Part shown: piece by piece, positions 9,336-17,938 of the stretch
Layout of the letters: every line of letters starts with the position of its first letter
How positions within the stretch are numbered: position 1 is the stretch's first letter
DNA from: Spartobacteria bacterium
Lineage (GTDB): Bacteria > Verrucomicrobiota > Verrucomicrobiia > Chthoniobacterales > UBA6821
Direction: 5' to 3'
Length of the DNA stretch: 64,000 nucleotides
Assembly: GCA_947487385.1 (NCBI GenBank)
Contig: CANKWU010000006.1
Location: 24,274 to 88,273, forward strand
Made by a program: the position numbers and the translations under genes
The notes under the pieces: generated by a model
Told to the model about the DNA's origin: nothing
Seen by the model: the letters and a program-made list of their open reading frames with translations, nothing else
Databases searched by the model: none

Positions 9336-9874
9336 ATGTCTCCGTTTTGAGAAGTCCTCATCAGTGATGACTTGATCAGAAGACGCATCAGAGAACTTGG
9401 AGTCAGCATCTCCAAGGATCTCGCCTCGAGCGACCTCATTGTGTGATGCCCGTCATGGACGGGGAAATGATCTTCACGGCCGATCTTGTGCGGGAGATTA
9501 CTCTTCCGCTCAGGATCATTCCAGTGAAGGCGTCCATTGATGGCGATGCCACGACGAGTTCCGGAACGGTTACTCTTCCTTGGGGGATGCCGAATGGGAT
9601 TTCTGGAAAGGACCTCCTTTTGATCGATGACATCCTTGATACAGGAAGCACCTTGAATCACTTGAAGAAGCTTCTCCTTCAAGAAGGAGGCCGATCAGTT
9701 CGCACCTGCATCCTTCTTCGAAAGGAGTCCTCCCGTCATCTTCAGGCCGATTATCTCGGATTTGAAATCCCAAACCGTTTCGTCATTGGCTATGGGATGG
9801 ATTACGCCGGCCTCTACAGAAACCTTACATGCATCGGCATTCTGAATCAGGAAACTTCTAGGGAAGTGACTTAG
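9336..9874 (+). pseudogene. hpt: Hypoxanthine phosphoribosyltransferase, disrupted
   Basis: ATG at 9336, TGA at codon 5 (9348-9350), then EVLISDDLIRRRIRELGVSISKD; frameshift near 9441-9446; downstream frame has LIDDILDTGSTL and FVIGYGMDYAGLYRNL. Confidence 0.85.
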
Positions 9875-9992
9875 CCTCAGGAAACTGGATGCGGGATTTT
9901 TATGGCCATCATGGTTCTCTTGGGAAGGAAAACCCTGATGCAAAAGAGACTTGGAGAAGAGCAGATTGAAGCTCAGTGATCCGCTCTCGCTA

Positions 9993-10433
9993 TTAGGAGA
10001 GCGCTTCGCCTTGCGGGATGGCTTCCAGATCTGCATCACTGATCGTAAAAGTTTCTTCAATTTTGTAACCTTTAGCCTTTAACACCTCGGGCGTGGGTAC
10101 AGCGCAGCGTTTCCCATCTTGGATAACATAAGCGCACGGGACGCTGCCCCTAACGATATCACCATTTTTGGGGGTTTTGTAGGGCATCAAGACTATTGGC
10201 CCTAAGGGAATGTTCTTCAAATCGGCATCCGCCAATATGATGGCCTTTGTTATGTTATAACCCTTGGCCTTCATAACCCTGAGATTTAATCAGCAGGGTT
10301 TTCCTCCCAAGATGACATAGACAGCTCCATTACTGCCCTTTACAAAAGACTCCTCAGTTGGTGGGGCAGCAAATGAATTCACCGCAGCAATGCAGAGAAT
10401 GACGGCTGTGCTAATGATGGATTTCGTGTTCAT
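9993..10433 (-). pseudogene. Secreted protein with two ~50-aa repeats, interrupted by one in-frame TGA (pseudogene or recoded)
   Basis: ORFs 10290-10487 and 9993-10274 are in the same frame, separated by TGA plus 5 sense codons. Signal peptide MNTKSIISTAVILCIAAVNSFA; repeats V.GS...YVI..GK.C...KAKGY......DADL..IP.G. Confidence 0.7.
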
Positions 10434-10535
10434 TTTTTCATTTTTGGTCTTGATTGACCTCGGGCTCAGTTTGACCTCCTCTATCAAAGAATAGAAATCA
10501 ATAAGATTCTGATCACTCTGGGAATCCCCCTCACA

Positions 10536-11675
10536 TCAGTTTCCGTTTATCCCAATCACTTTTCCCCCGTAGCCTGTGAGTTCAAGATATCCCTCGACGG
10601 TCACAGGATCATTGCCGGATTTCCCCTCTCCCTTCACTGCCCCTTCCCAGTAGGCAAAAGGCGAAAGAACGAGTTCCTGGTCAGGGAGTTTGGGGGTCAG
10701 CGTCAAGGTGAGATTCCGTGAAGGAATGATAACTTCCATTCTAGCCGGATAGAGGCCGCCGGTATGGGGACTTTTCCAAATGCCTCGAGGAATCATCTCC
10801 AAATCATGAAGATCCGTGATCACACCGTGAGAATCCCGGAGAGTGCCAGAGAGAAAAACGGTCTTCCCCTGGGAATTCCTAATCCGGAAGAGCATGAGAT
10901 CGTCCCCGTTACTCAAGTGAAGTCCTGACCAATCCCAGCCAGCCTGACCGGTCTCCAGCGAATTGGTGGCCCACTCATGGTCGAACCAGACAAGCCCTTT
11001 CACGGCATGGGACTTCCCATGAACCGTTACGGAACCCGTGGCCTGGAGTCTGGTGAGCGAATAGTAATGGGAGGCATGGCCAGGGGTTGATGACTTGGAA
11101 CTGATCCCATCTTTCCCATGAATGAGTGCAGGTCGATCCTGCAGCAGAATCAGGTCAACCGAGCACTCCACGCCTTTTTCTGTCACCGCGGTTGCTTTGA
11201 GATGAAACGATCCGTCGGGACGTTCCTCCAAAATCCAATCCTCCATCCAGGCCATACGCCCCCCTGTTTCCACAATGCTCCCAGGCGAACCAAACCCCGC
11301 CTCTCCGAAGGCACCGCGTGAGGAGCGCTGGTAGTATCGAAAGCTCTTCCCAAAGACATCGGTAAATGCGAAATGGGTGAAGGGAAGATCCATGACCCGG
11401 AAACGGGAGGAACCAGAGGACCTCTCCCCTGGATGGATTCCTTGGCGGAAGAAGGTCAACTGGAAGCCGTACTCATGTCCCTGATCATCGGAAAGATTCC
11501 CCGTTGCGTACCACCACTCGGTCTTAAACGCATGATGGGAACCATGATCTCTGGGAAACTCGTACTTCCATCCAGGCTCCGATTTCCTCCATTTCTCATC
11601 CCCATTTTCCTGGGCACCGAGAAGCGGGGAAAAAAGGACGCCTAATAAACAAATGGCTCTGAGGGAGCGGGACAT
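10536..11675 (-). CDS. AttH/CrtC-like (lipocalin-like) secreted protein
   Basis: Signal peptide; FPRDHGSH...TEWWYATGNL, GFQLTFFR, SHYYSLTRL, WFDHEW, GWDW, YWEGAV, GYLELTGY. Confidence 0.85.
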   Translation of the reverse strand: MSRSLRAICLLGVLFSPLLGAQENGDEKWRKSEPGWKYEFPRDHGSHHAFKTEWWYATGNLSDDQGHEYGFQLTFFRQGIHPGERSSGSSRFRVMDLPFTHFAFTDVFGKSFRYYQRSSRGAFGEAGFGSPGSIVETGGRMAWMEDWILEERPDGSFHLKATAVTEKGVECSVDLILLQDRPALIHGKDGISSKSSTPGHASHYYSLTRLQATGSVTVHGKSHAVKGLVWFDHEWATNSLETGQAGWDWSGLHLSNGDDLMLFRIRNSQGKTVFLSGTLRDSHGVITDLHDLEMIPRGIWKSPHTGGLYPARMEVIIPSRNLTLTLTPKLPDQELVLSPFAYWEGAVKGEGKSGNDPVTVEGYLELTGYGGKVIGINGN

Positions 11676-12550
11676 TCCTCGACCTTGGTGGCCTCAAGTA
11701 GGGCAGTACGTTTACCCCCCTCCATCGGGAAGGTCGGCTTGCCGGTGATCTTCACCCAACCCATCTCTGAAACCTTGAGCGGCTTTGAGTATTGAACGGT
11801 GACTCCGACCGGCTTGGCATCGGCGGCACAACAGGTCATGAACATTCGGATGGCCTGGAATCGGTCTCCCTTCGGATTTCCCGTGTTCATAGGAATATAT
11901 TGACCAACGAGTTCCACATTCTTGCCTTCAAACTCACTCCGGTAGGAGGGCATCTGGACGGCATAGAGCATGTCGATGACTTGGAGAGGCATCGGGCCTA
12001 CCGAGGCATTGGTAGTGGATGTAAGGGATGCGGAGGAATCTATGGTCGCGAGCGTGGAAGAGGCAGCAGATGAGGGAACTGAAGAAAATGATGTCGAAGC
12101 CACTGCGGACTGAGCCGAGGGAAGCTTGCTGATGTTATCGACAACCCCTCTGTTCTGCACCGTGGTGATCGAATAGGCAGTGGCCTTCCCGGAAATAATG
12201 ATCGCTAGCGGAAGGAGGAGCAAAACCGTCTTGAAGATCAGGGCTCCAAGTCCTTCACCGGAATTGTGGTGATGATATTCATGATCGCACCCATGGTCAT
12301 GCCCGTGATCTTCGCACTCATGATGATGTTGATGAGAAATAGCCTGCCCGAGCATCCGTGAGTAGTAGGAACGGAAAACGAAGAGCGCCAGCAGAAGGAA
12401 AACCACTCCGGAAGCCGTGGTATAAGGCTGAAGCGAGGGATGCAGGTAGATGGAAAGCCTCCCTGTGAAGGAGAGCCAAAGAACAAAGCCTCCCCAGAGC
12501 AGGAGCAGAAGCGAGTCGCGGAAGCCTTGGATGGAACGGGAGTTGTTCAT
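11642..12550 (-). CDS. TIGR03943/DUF1980 family putative permease subunit with His-rich loop
   Basis: YLHP after TM1, His-rich loop, RMFMTCCAADAKP, WVKITG, C-terminal PSEPFVY. Confidence 0.85.
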   Translation of the reverse strand: MNNSRSIQGFRDSLLLLLWGGFVLWLSFTGRLSIYLHPSLQPYTTASGVVFLLLALFVFRSYYSRMLGQAISHQHHHECEDHGHDHGCDHEYHHHNSGEGLGALIFKTVLLLLPLAIIISGKATAYSITTVQNRGVVDNISKLPSAQSAVASTSFSSVPSSAASSTLATIDSSASLTSTTNASVGPMPLQVIDMLYAVQMPSYRSEFEGKNVELVGQYIPMNTGNPKGDRFQAIRMFMTCCAADAKPVGVTVQYSKPLKVSEMGWVKITGKPTFPMEGGKRTALLEATKVEECPAPSEPFVY

Positions 12551-12556
12551 TGGGTT

Positions 12557-13489
12557 TTACCAAGCAAGGTTCAGCGCAGAGAGTCTCCAGCATAGCAATC
12601 CGATCACAAGGAAGAGTCCAAGCGCCAGCAAGATGATGAACTGTTTGGAGAAAGCCGCTCCATAGAGGAAGAGGAGTTTGAAATCGAGCATCGGCCCAAA
12701 GACCAGGAAGGCGAGCTTGGCCGCCATCGGAAAGGTGGTGAGCGTCGCCGCAATGAAGGCATCTGTCGTGCTGCAAACAGAGAGGACGGAGGCGAGCCCC
12801 ATGAGGGAGACAATGGCCAGCGGAGGATTCGCGGCAAGAGGCAGGATGATTTCCTGATTCACCGCCGTACTGAAGAGGGAGGCAGCAGCGGCTCCGATCA
12901 CGAAGTAGACGGCCACATCGAGGAAGTCCTTCGTTGCCACCAAGGCGGCATTCTGAAGACGATCAACCATCCCGCCTGATACGCCATGATGATGATCATG
13001 ATCATGTTCTGGCGCCAAAAGACCGGGACGAAGGATCGAGAATGGAGCGCAGAAACTCACAATCCAACCGGCAAGGATGGCAACACTCAACCCAAGGCCA
13101 AAACGGAGGATCGTCATCTCCCACGCTCCCTGACCACGGAAGGCAGCAAGAGTGCTCAAGATCACAAGCGGATTGACGATCGGCGCGGCTAGCATGTAGG
13201 TGACACCGCAGGATACGGGCAGCCCTTTCTTGAGAAGACGTCGAACCACGGGAACGATGCCGCATTCGCAGACCGGAAAAATCACCCCGAGAAGTCCGCT
13301 GACGATGATCGCGGCGCGCGGCTTCTTGGGAAGAAGCTGGGTCATGAGCGACTGGGGAAGAAATTCCTCCAAAAGTCCCGAAAGAATCGCTCCTCCCAAG
13401 AGGAAAGGAAGCCCCTCCAGCAGGATGCTCAGGAAAGCATACTGAAAATCCGAAAAACTAAAATGAAACCACGCCGTGCAAAGGATCAC
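12557..13489 (-). CDS. DUF318 (YraQ/YcgR-like) permease
   Basis: ILLEGLPFLL, PVCECGIVP, AAPIVNP, HDHDHHH loop, VCSTTDAFIA, FLVFGPMLD. Confidence 0.88.
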   Translation of the reverse strand: MILCTAWFHFSFSDFQYAFLSILLEGLPFLLGGAILSGLLEEFLPQSLMTQLLPKKPRAAIIVSGLLGVIFPVCECGIVPVVRRLLKKGLPVSCGVTYMLAAPIVNPLVILSTLAAFRGQGAWEMTILRFGLGLSVAILAGWIVSFCAPFSILRPGLLAPEHDHDHHHGVSGGMVDRLQNAALVATKDFLDVAVYFVIGAAAASLFSTAVNQEIILPLAANPPLAIVSLMGLASVLSVCSTTDAFIAATLTTFPMAAKLAFLVFGPMLDFKLLFLYGAAFSKQFIILLALGLFLVIGLLCWRLSALNLAW

Positions 13490-13536
13490 CCAACTACTAT
13501 AACCATGAAGCGAGGAAAGTCACTCTGTTGAAAAGT

Positions 13537-13574
13537 AAAAAAGCCCCACCGGATCTCTCCGATGGGACTTTTTG
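13537..13574. terminator. Rho-independent terminator downstream of tkt (possibly bidirectional)
   Basis: AAAAAAGCCCCACCGGA-TCTC-TCCGATGGGACTTTTT hairpin with A/T runs on both sides. Confidence 0.75.
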
Positions 13575-13591
13575 TAGAGTGAACTGAATGA

Positions 13592-15565
13592 TTAGAGAGA
13601 TTGTGCAGTCTTGACCACATTCTCTGTGGTCATGCCAAGTTCCTTGAGAACCGTACTTCCAGGAGCGCTCAGGCCGAAGCGGTCTATCGCCACGGTCTTC
13701 CCATCCAACCCAACATAGCGGAACCAAGGATCGGAGATGCCGGCCTCGATCGAGACACGCTTGCGGCATGATGAAGGAAGGACTTCCTCGCGGTAAGCGG
13801 CATCCTGACGCTCAAAACGCTCCATGCACGGCATGGAAACAACACGGGCACCGGCACCTAGGATCTTGGCAGCGTCAAGGGCGACATTCAGTTCACTGCC
13901 CGAGGAAAGAATGATGACCTCCAGGGCTGCGGTCTCCTTACGAGCGATATAGGCTCCCTTGAAGACACCCTGACGACGCACATTAACAGGGATGTCGTTG
14001 AGATTAGGGAGATTCTGACGGCATAGCGCCAGAAGCGTCGGACCATTCGTGTGCTCCATGGCAGCGGCAAAGGCTCCGGCAGTCTCCTCCGGATCGGCAG
14101 GACGAATCACATCCAAGCCAGGAATCGCGCGAAGTGCGGCGACAGTCTCGACAGGCTCGTGGGTCGGTCCATCTTCGCCGACGGCGACGGAATCGTGGGT
14201 GAAAATATAGGTCGTCGGCAACTTGGAAAGTGCGGCAACACGGATAGAAGGACGTCCATAATCACTAAAGACAAGGAATGTCGCCCCAGCAATGCGGAAG
14301 ATGCCATCATAGGCATAGCCATTCATGATCGCACACATGGCATGCTCGCGGATACCAAAGTGGATGTTACGACCCTCGCAGTTCTGATCGGTGAAGTCCC
14401 CGCCCCCCTCAATGTAGTTTAGCGTGGAACCGAAGAGATCGGCACTGCCGCTCACAAGGAGAGGCATGGCTTTAGCGATCGGTTGAAGAATAATACTGCC
14501 GGCTTTGCGGGTGGCGATGGTATCCTCAGACTTAAAGGGAGGGATCAGCGAAAGAAGATCTGGGATCTTTTGCTCGATGCCAGCATCTAGAAGAGCAGCG
14601 AGTTCGGCATTGGCATCGCGCCATGCGGAGAACTCCTTCTGCCAAACTGCATGGGCTTCGGCGCGCTTGGTCTTCAACTCCGCGAAGTAAGTGGTAACCT
14701 CGGGAGAGAGATAAAACTTCTCATCAGGAAGGCCGAGTCCCTTGCGTGCCTCATCGGAGAACTTCACACCAGCCTCTCCGTGGGCTTTGTTAGTTCCCTC
14801 AACCTGGGGGATTCCCTTTCCGATGATCGTCTTGCAGATGATCATGTGGGGCTTGCCCTTGGTGGACTTGGCCTTATTAAAAGCTGAGAGGATCTCGTCC
14901 ATGTTGTGGCCGTCGATCATCTGGACATGCCATCCGTAGGCGGCGTAACGAGCACCAACATCCTCGCTCTGGCTGACATTGAGCATGGCGTCGAGCGTGA
15001 CGTTATTGGAGTCGAAGAAAACGATCAGATTGTCGAGTCCTAGGTGGCCGGCAAGCGAGGAAGCCTCGGCAGAGACACCCTCCTGAAGGCAGCCGTCACC
15101 ACAAAGGACAACGACGTGGTTGTCGAAGATGGTGTGCTGAGGAGTATTGAAACGGGCGGCAGCCATCTTTTGAGACATTGCGAATCCCACGCCGTTAGCC
15201 ACACCTTGACCGAGAGGACCCGTGGTCGCCTCGACTCCGGGAGTCTCATGGAACTCGGGATGTCCCGGAGTGATACTGTGGAGCTGGCGGAACTTCTTCA
15301 CCTGATCGAGAGGAAGGTCGAATCCGGAAAGATGCAACCATGCGTAGAGGAACATGCTGCCGTGACCTGCAGAGAGGATGAAACGATCGCGATTGATCCA
15401 GCGGGGAGCCGCAGGATCGATCTGGAGGGCCTCACCGAAGAGGACGGCCCCGATGTCAGCAGAGCCAAGTGGGAGACCAAGGTGCCCGGACTTGCATGCA
15501 GTGACAGCATCGATGGCGAGTCCCCGGGCATCACGGGCGGCTAGTTGGAGGATTGCTTTATTCAT
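13592..15565 (-). CDS. tkt: Transketolase
   Basis: [63 protein letters not shown]. Confidence 0.97.
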   Translation of the reverse strand: MNKAILQLAARDARGLAIDAVTACKSGHLGLPLGSADIGAVLFGEALQIDPAAPRWINRDRFILSAGHGSMFLYAWLHLSGFDLPLDQVKKFRQLHSITPGHPEFHETPGVEATTGPLGQGVANGVGFAMSQKMAAARFNTPQHTIFDNHVVVLCGDGCLQEGVSAEASSLAGHLGLDNLIVFFDSNNVTLDAMLNVSQSEDVGARYAAYGWHVQMIDGHNMDEILSAFNKAKSTKGKPHMIICKTIIGKGIPQVEGTNKAHGEAGVKFSDEARKGLGLPDEKFYLSPEVTTYFAELKTKRAEAHAVWQKEFSAWRDANAELAALLDAGIEQKIPDLLSLIPPFKSEDTIATRKAGSIILQPIAKAMPLLVSGSADLFGSTLNYIEGGGDFTDQNCEGRNIHFGIREHAMCAIMNGYAYDGIFRIAGATFLVFSDYGRPSIRVAALSKLPTTYIFTHDSVAVGEDGPTHEPVETVAALRAIPGLDVIRPADPEETAGAFAAAMEHTNGPTLLALCRQNLPNLNDIPVNVRRQGVFKGAYIARKETAALEVIILSSGSELNVALDAAKILGAGARVVSMPCMERFERQDAAYREEVLPSSCRKRVSIEAGISDPWFRYVGLDGKTVAIDRFGLSAPGSTVLKELGMTTENVVKTAQSL

Positions 15566-15650
15566 AAATCAGAGAGATAGCACAAACATCTGCAGGGACT
15601 TTTGCAAGCCTCCATCGAATACATTTTCGACAAAAAGTGGTTACTGATGA

Positions 15651-16697
15651 CTACTCTGGCTGCTGTTGAGTAAGGCAGTGGAATGCCCCCAGCCCCCAAA
15701 TCAACTCTCGACAATCGATCGGCCGGATCATGCGTGTGGGGAAAAGCTCAGCAAGGATCTCCACCGCCTCAACATCGGAATCGCCGCCGAACGCAGGCAT
15801 CAGTACAGATTCGTTCGCGATGTAGAAATTGGCATGACTGGCCGGCAAGCGAATCCCCTCACGGTCGATTCGGGGTGGCATCGGCATTTCGATCACTTTC
15901 AACGGCGTTCCATCATGGAGTTTCATTTCATGCAGTCGATGGAGGTTTTCCAACAGGGGAAGATGGTTTGGATCGTTCTGATTCGATTCGATCACCGTCA
16001 CGACAGTATCCCGGGAAACAAACCTAGTGATGTCGTCGACATGGCCGTCGGTATCATCCCCCTCAATTCCATCACCGAGCCAAAGGACTTGCTCCACCCC
16101 GAGATAATCTTTCAATCCCTGCTCGATCTGATTTCGGGACATTGAGGGATTGCGATTGGGATTAAGGAGGCATGACTCTGTGGTGAGTAAGGCACCAGCT
16201 CCATTCGGATCGACGGAGCCCCCCTCCAAGACAAATGGTGGCTTAAACAGCGGATGACTGAAATGGTGCGCGATCCGGCTTGGAACGACATCATCGTCCT
16301 CATAAGGTGGATATTTGCCACCCCAGGCATTATATCCAAAGTCATTGACGGCAAGTTGTGGTGCCAGAACGCGTTTTACAAAGATCGGGCCATGGTCGCG
16401 ACACCATGGTTCATTAGTCGGGTTGTTGTGAAACTCGATGCGCTCCATGGGAGCTACTGGCGAGAGAAGTCCCCTCACCTCCTCCTCCTGCTCGGGAGAG
16501 CTGATGTTGATTCTTAGAATCTCAGACTCAGCAAGAATCACAGCCATCTTAACTAGAGTTGGGACAACCCGTTCATAACTTTCTGGAAAACTCTGACCAT
16601 CCGCATGGGGCCAAGAAATCCAAGTGGCCTCGTGTCTCTCCCACTCAGCGGGCATCGAGTAGCCCAAGGAGCTGGGTGTTGCAATGGTGACCGTCAC
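15651..16697 (-). CDS. aguA: Agmatine deiminase family protein
   Basis: MPAEWERH, WCRDHGP, LEGGS, DDTDGHVD, GLGAFHCLTQQQP; start set at GTG 16697. Confidence 0.9.
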   Translation of the reverse strand: MTVTIATPSSLGYSMPAEWERHEATWISWPHADGQSFPESYERVVPTLVKMAVILAESEILRINISSPEQEEEVRGLLSPVAPMERIEFHNNPTNEPWCRDHGPIFVKRVLAPQLAVNDFGYNAWGGKYPPYEDDDVVPSRIAHHFSHPLFKPPFVLEGGSVDPNGAGALLTTESCLLNPNRNPSMSRNQIEQGLKDYLGVEQVLWLGDGIEGDDTDGHVDDITRFVSRDTVVTVIESNQNDPNHLPLLENLHRLHEMKLHDGTPLKVIEMPMPPRIDREGIRLPASHANFYIANESVLMPAFGGDSDVEAVEILAELFPTRMIRPIDCRELIWGLGAFHCLTQQQPE

Positions 16698-16734
16698 GCG
16701 AACCGAGAAGGGAGGCAACCTGGAGATGGGAGAG

Positions 16735-17058
16735 CTAAGAAACTTGCAGCTTGTCCAGGAGAGCAGCCTTTGAGGAAAGGCCCGTCATGCGCTCGGCAAG
16801 GACCCCATTTCGAAAAATCATGAGCGTCGGAATTGCTGTGATTTGATGGGCCTGTGCAACACCAGGGGCCTCGTCCACATTCACTTTGGATACAGTCACC
16901 TTGCCTGAAAGTTCCTTGCCGAGTTCCTCGATAACAGGAGCAATCATACGGCAGGGTCCGCACCATGGGGCCCAAAAATCGACGAGCAGGACTGGCGATG
17001 AGGCAACAGCCTGATTAAAGGTTGCATCATTGAGTTCAAGGACGTGTTCAGAAGCCAT
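16735..17058 (-). CDS. trxA: Thioredoxin
   Basis: VDFWAPWCGPCRMIAP, KVNVDE, AIPTL. Confidence 0.96.
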   Translation of the reverse strand: MASEHVLELNDATFNQAVASSPVLLVDFWAPWCGPCRMIAPVIEELGKELSGKVTVSKVNVDEAPGVAQAHQITAIPTLMIFRNGVLAERMTGLSSKAALLDKLQVS

Positions 17059-17088
17059 AATAAGTAAGTGTTCGTAGTTGAAATGTGA

Positions 17089-17802
17089 CTATGCCAAGAA
17101 GGTCCAGAGTTGGATTCCAAATGCCGCCAGAGCGAGGAGGGCCGCCGCAAGAACCAAGGGAAGCGGCAACTCAGAACCAGAAGAAGTCGCCTCCTCTTCC
17201 TCATCGGGATTCACCGAAAGCTTAAGACCCTCAGGATGATCACCTGAGGATTTTTCCGGAGCCTTGGCAGGTGCACCAGGTTTGGGGGTTGTCGCTGGCG
17301 TAGCAGCAGGAGCTGCATCACCTTTCTTGCGGGCAGCGGCAGCAGGGGCCGGCTGCAGCTTGATCGTGGCCTGAGGCATGGCCTTTGTTTCGGCGGCACT
17401 TGGAGTCACGGGCTCCGGCTTGAGTGCCACGGAGGCCGAGACAGGTGCTAGTGGGACCGGAGTTGCTGGAGTTGCCGGCTTGAGAACCGCTGGCGCAGGA
17501 GAAAGAGCGGAAGGAGATGAAGCACCAGGGGCTCCTGGAGGTCTTAACGCAGCCAGGGAAGCCGGAGGAGCTAGTGGGGTTGGTGGAAATGGAGGCTTGA
17601 GAGGTCCGGGTGGAATAGAAGGAGTTGCTGATCCGACAGGCACTCCTGCGGCGGGAAGGGGAGCACCAGTACCGGAAGTCGGCACCCCTGCAGCAGGAAC
17701 AGGCTTCGGAGGGAGCTTCAAAGGAGGAAGCTTTAGGGGGGCAGGCGAGCCAGCGGGCAAATCGGAAACTGGAGGGTTATTTGGGGATGGGATATCACTC
17801 AC
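17089..17802 (-). CDS. Pro/Ala-rich low-complexity protein with a single C-terminal TM helix
   Basis: 237-aa ORF fills the gap between prc and trxA on the same strand; ends DEEEE...LPLVLAAALLALAAFGIQLWTFLA. Confidence 0.7.
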   Translation of the reverse strand: MSDIPSPNNPPVSDLPAGSPAPLKLPPLKLPPKPVPAAGVPTSGTGAPLPAAGVPVGSATPSIPPGPLKPPFPPTPLAPPASLAALRPPGAPGASSPSALSPAPAVLKPATPATPVPLAPVSASVALKPEPVTPSAAETKAMPQATIKLQPAPAAAARKKGDAAPAATPATTPKPGAPAKAPEKSSGDHPEGLKLSVNPDEEEEATSSGSELPLPLVLAAALLALAAFGIQLWTFLA

Positions 17803-17938
17803 AATATGTAGGGGATTAAATTCAGTCGAAAATTATGTTTCGGAGACAGTCCTGTCAATCACGCTCCCACAAACCAATAAAGAATCATTGTCGGCGTGTG
17901 CTGAAACGTGAGGGGGGAAAGCGTGTTAAGCTATTCTC

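Noticed and set aside
17378-17911. Gly-rich collagen-like plus-strand ORF
   Set aside because: Mirror of the Pro-rich minus-strand gene, which has a TM helix and fits the operon direction.
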